A stretch of 64,000 nucleotides of DNA from Longimicrobiales bacterium (GTDB taxonomy: Bacteria; Gemmatimonadota; Gemmatimonadetes; Longimicrobiales; Gaopeijiaceae), in the NCBI GenBank assembly GCA_965202985.1, contig CBDBCF010000001.1:2080001-2144000 (forward strand), read 5' to 3'. The notes under the pieces are model-generated. The model searched no databases. It had not been told where the DNA came from and saw nothing but the letters and a program-made list of their open reading frames with translations. This document shows, piece after piece, positions 61,137-64,000 of the stretch; position 1 is the first letter of the stretch, and each line of letters begins with the position of its first letter. The position numbers and the translations under genes are program-made.

Positions 61137-61610
61137 TTGAACCGCGACGCTTGCGACGGGCCGGAGTCCGGGTCCATCGTCGCGCACCCGATCTGGCGAC
61201 CCCTCGGAATGGAGCTGTCCATGCCTGCCGAAATGGACCCCGTTGCAGAACAGCAGTTCAGTCCCGCTTTGGACCCCGTGGTTCTGTCGGCGGTGTCCGG
61301 CGCCCGGCTGGACGAGGCTACCGCACGTCGCATCGCCGAGGGTGTGAGCGACCTTCTTGCCCAGGTGCTGTCTGGAAGTCGCCGACCGAGGTCGCCGGAG
61401 TTCTTGAGAGACGCCTTCCTACAGGACGTTGCGCGAATGGCTGTCGAAGAGGGAATCGAACTGTCGGAAGATGACTGGACTCAGTTGTTGAACGAAGCGA
61501 TTGCGCTTGAGGTGTCGGCGAGGGCGAGCGAACAGATTCGCGCCTCGTTCGAGAGCATTCGAGGCGGCACATTGACAAGAGCCGGGTGGGCCAGTCGGCG
61601 CCGGAGCTGA
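61137..61610 (+). CDS. Hypothetical protein
   Basis: 157 aa helical-looking ORF, divergent from actA. Start uncertain (perhaps 61209 or 61221). Confidence 0.55.
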   Translation: MNRDACDGPESGSIVAHPIWRPLGMELSMPAEMDPVAEQQFSPALDPVVLSAVSGARLDEATARRIAEGVSDLLAQVLSGSRRPRSPEFLRDAFLQDVARMAVEEGIELSEDDWTQLLNEAIALEVSARASEQIRASFESIRGGTLTRAGWASRRRS

Positions 61611-61620
61611 CGCAGGTCGG

Positions 61621-61941
61621 ATGACGCTTCCAGGGGAGTCCGGGGTGCCGGGCAGCGGGGAGGGCCCGACCGAGGGCGCAGGGTCCGCCGAAAACCTGCA
61701 CCTTACGACTTTCACGCACGACGGCAGGTTCTGGGACGTGTACCTGGAGTTCGTTGAGGACGCCCGACGGCCCGATTCTTGTCGAGCGCGCCTTTGCTAC
61801 GTCCCGACCGACGACAGCTCGGGCCAGGAACCCGCAAGAACGGCTGTGATCATCATCGAGCCGACCTACGAGGAGGCCCTGGAAAAGGCCCGGACGCTGG
61901 ACCGCCACAGCCTTGGGGCCATGCTCCGCTCCGCGACTTGA
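61621..61941 (+). CDS. Hypothetical protein
   Basis: 106 aa ORF with genome-typical codon usage. Confidence 0.65.
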   Translation: MTLPGESGVPGSGEGPTEGAGSAENLHLTTFTHDGRFWDVYLEFVEDARRPDSCRARLCYVPTDDSSGQEPARTAVIIIEPTYEEALEKARTLDRHSLGAMLRSAT

Positions 61942-61975
61942 CGCCGTCGTAGCCCCAAGGACGCGGACCCTGGGC

Positions 61976-62752
61976 GTGACGCCGATTCGGTTTCTGCTGT
62001 TGCAGGTTCGCGATCCGGGCGATCCCATGGGTCCGCACGAGGTCGCGGCGTTCGATCGCGCACTGCGGCCGCTTCCGGCGCGGATCGGCGTCTTCGACCT
62101 GCTCGGCCGCCCGTTGCGCAAAGGCGACCTGGCCAACGCCGACTTCGTGCTGATGGGGGGCAGCGGGGCCTACTCGGCGGCGCTCGGGGGACCTTGGCTG
62201 GAGATGGCCATGGATTCGCTGCGCGCCGTCCACGGCTCGGGCGTGCCGGCGTTCGCTTCGTGCTGGGGCTTCCAGGCGATGGCTCGGGCCATGGGCGGGC
62301 GGGTCGTTCACGACCGTGCCACGGCCGAGGTCGGGACCCATCAGCTCACGCTGACGGACGCGGGGCGGGCGGATCCGCTGTTCGGGGCGCTGGGGCCGGC
62401 GTTCGACGCCCAGATGGGTCACGAGGACAGGGTGGAGACGCTGCCGGCGCACGCCACCCTGCTGGCGTCTTCGGCCAAGGTGGAGAACCAGGCCTACCGC
62501 TTTGACGACGCGCCCATGTACTGCACCCAGTTCCACCCCGAGCTGGACGCGAAGGGGCTGTTCAGCCGCTTCGCCGCCTACCCCAGATACGTGGCGGAAG
62601 TGGCGGGAATGACGATGGAGGAGCTGTCGGCAAAGGTCCGGGAAACGCCCGCCGCGGCCAAGCTGGTGCGCCGGTTCGTGGAGATGCACCTGGGGCCGGG
62701 GCGACGATGCCAGCCGCCTAGGCCTCGCGGACCCAGCGAACCAGCTCCTTGA
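61976..62752 (+). CDS. Type 1 glutamine amidotransferase
   Basis: GGSG, SCWGFQ (nucleophile Cys), H.D.V..LP, TQFHPE. Confidence 0.9.
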   Translation: MTPIRFLLLQVRDPGDPMGPHEVAAFDRALRPLPARIGVFDLLGRPLRKGDLANADFVLMGGSGAYSAALGGPWLEMAMDSLRAVHGSGVPAFASCWGFQAMARAMGGRVVHDRATAEVGTHQLTLTDAGRADPLFGALGPAFDAQMGHEDRVETLPAHATLLASSAKVENQAYRFDDAPMYCTQFHPELDAKGLFSRFAAYPRYVAEVAGMTMEELSAKVRETPAAAKLVRRFVEMHLGPGRRCQPPRPRGPSEPAP

Positions 62753-63989
62753 GGGTGGGGCGCTTACCCTGCATGAGGATGCCCACCCGGTAGATGCGCC
62801 CGGCAACCCACGCCATCGCCGCGATCGCCGCCGCCATCAGCACCAGGGACAGCGCCACCATCCAGACGGGCACGTCTCCGGCGACGGCCCGCGGATACAT
62901 GAGGACGGGGCTGAAGAAGGGGAACAGCGCCGCCCAGTCGATCCACGCCATGCGGTTCCCGTTGATCGTGCTCATCTGCAGCATGAAGGGGATCACCAGC
63001 AGCATCATGACCGGGAACAGCGCCTGCTGGGCGTCCTCTTCGCGACTGCACATCGCCCCCACCGCGGCGAAGAGCGAAGCGTAGAGGAAGTACCCGAGCA
63101 GGAAGAAGAGAAGGAACAGGAGGACCAAGCCCGGCCCCGGGAGGAACTCGAGGATCCGGCTCACGTCGGCGCCCGGCACGTTGGCGACCACCAAGGGCAG
63201 GCCCACCATCGCGAGCAGCCCAACGAACGCCACCCAGATGCCCAGCTGGGTCAGGCCCATCGACGCCACGCCCAGCACCTTGCCCAGCATGAGCTGCGAG
63301 GGGCGGAGCGACGAGATCACGACCTCCACGACCCGGTTGCGCTTCTCGTCCAGCACCGAGCGGAGGACGTAGGTACCGTAGATCAGGGTGGTCATGTAGA
63401 GCAGGATCGCCGCGCCCATGCCCGCGACCAGGGACACGTCGCGGTCGATCTCGGCGCCGGCGGGGTCGCCGGAGTCGTCCCGGCGTCCGACGGGCTCGTA
63501 CTCGATCTCGCCGCCTCCCAGCAGCTGGCGAACTCCTGCCGCGTCGCCGGTGGCGTCCAGCCGCGCGGACAGCACCGCCTCCACCACGACCCTTCGCGAG
63601 ATCTCCGAGAACATCCTGCCGGGCGAGTCCTTGGCCCGGTAGACGAACGTTCCTTCGGTCGCGGTCAGGTCGTCCAGCACGAGGTACGCTTCCAGCTCGT
63701 CGTCCTCGATCCGCTGGTCGAGCGCGTTGGTGTTCGCGGCCGGGTCCGCGATCTCGACGTTGTAGCCCACGGCTTCCAGTCCTTGGGCCACGTCCTGCGC
63801 CAGCGCGCTCTCGGTCAGGTCCACGACCGCCATCTCGCGCGCGGAGCGCTCCGACTGCACGCCCATGAAGATGCTGAAGGCCATGAGCCCCATGATGAGG
63901 AGGGGCACGCCCAGGGTCGCCAGGATGAATCCCTTGGTCTTGACGCGCTCCAGGTACTCCCGTCGCAGCACCACCCATACCTGTTTCAT
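62718..63989 (-). CDS. ABC-2/NatB-type exporter permease
   Basis: REY..RVK.KGF, V.DEK.NRVVEV..SS, L.GK..G, LYASLFAAVG, PFFSP..M..R, RIYRVGIL..GK.P. Confidence 0.9.
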   Translation of the reverse strand: MKQVWVVLRREYLERVKTKGFILATLGVPLLIMGLMAFSIFMGVQSERSAREMAVVDLTESALAQDVAQGLEAVGYNVEIADPAANTNALDQRIEDDELEAYLVLDDLTATEGTFVYRAKDSPGRMFSEISRRVVVEAVLSARLDATGDAAGVRQLLGGGEIEYEPVGRRDDSGDPAGAEIDRDVSLVAGMGAAILLYMTTLIYGTYVLRSVLDEKRNRVVEVVISSLRPSQLMLGKVLGVASMGLTQLGIWVAFVGLLAMVGLPLVVANVPGADVSRILEFLPGPGLVLLFLLFFLLGYFLYASLFAAVGAMCSREEDAQQALFPVMMLLVIPFMLQMSTINGNRMAWIDWAALFPFFSPVLMYPRAVAGDVPVWMVALSLVLMAAAIAAMAWVAGRIYRVGILMQGKRPTLKELVRWVREA

Positions 63990-64000
63990 CGGACGCCTCC

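Overview
High-GC bacterial DNA. The gene content (type III glutamine synthetase, alternative complex III, many Cys-lipoproteins with 6-bladed beta-propellers, a Big_2/BACON/BNR surface protein) resembles Gemmatimonadota-like genomes, though that assignment is inference. The core blocks are glnN, split aconitase X, an M14 carboxypeptidase, thiC, an acyl-CoA ligase/LIV-type ABC/PaaK-like cluster, imuA-imuB-dnaE2, an FAD oxidase, two divergent Npt/TLC-like transporters (one frameshifted near a G8 tract) and actABCDEF. There are three accessory zones. (1) About 5.3-17.3 kb: tandem paralogous lipoproteins and a cluster of ECF sigma factor, 8-Cys secreted peptide, membrane protein, AraC regulator, propeller and thioredoxin-like gene, plus an IS1380 remnant and an orphan N4-type methyltransferase. 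(2) About 22.0-26.2 kb: pseudogenes, an intact ISL3 with an 8-bp target duplication, and vapBC. (3) About 50.3-53.4 kb: a lower-GC two-gene cassette encoding a ParB/Srx-ABC-ATPase fusion and a TOPRIM-like (DUF3226-like) partner. The third zone is the best candidate for an undescribed defence system. The Cys-rich peptide cluster is the second candidate. No rRNA, tRNA or CRISPR array was recognised.
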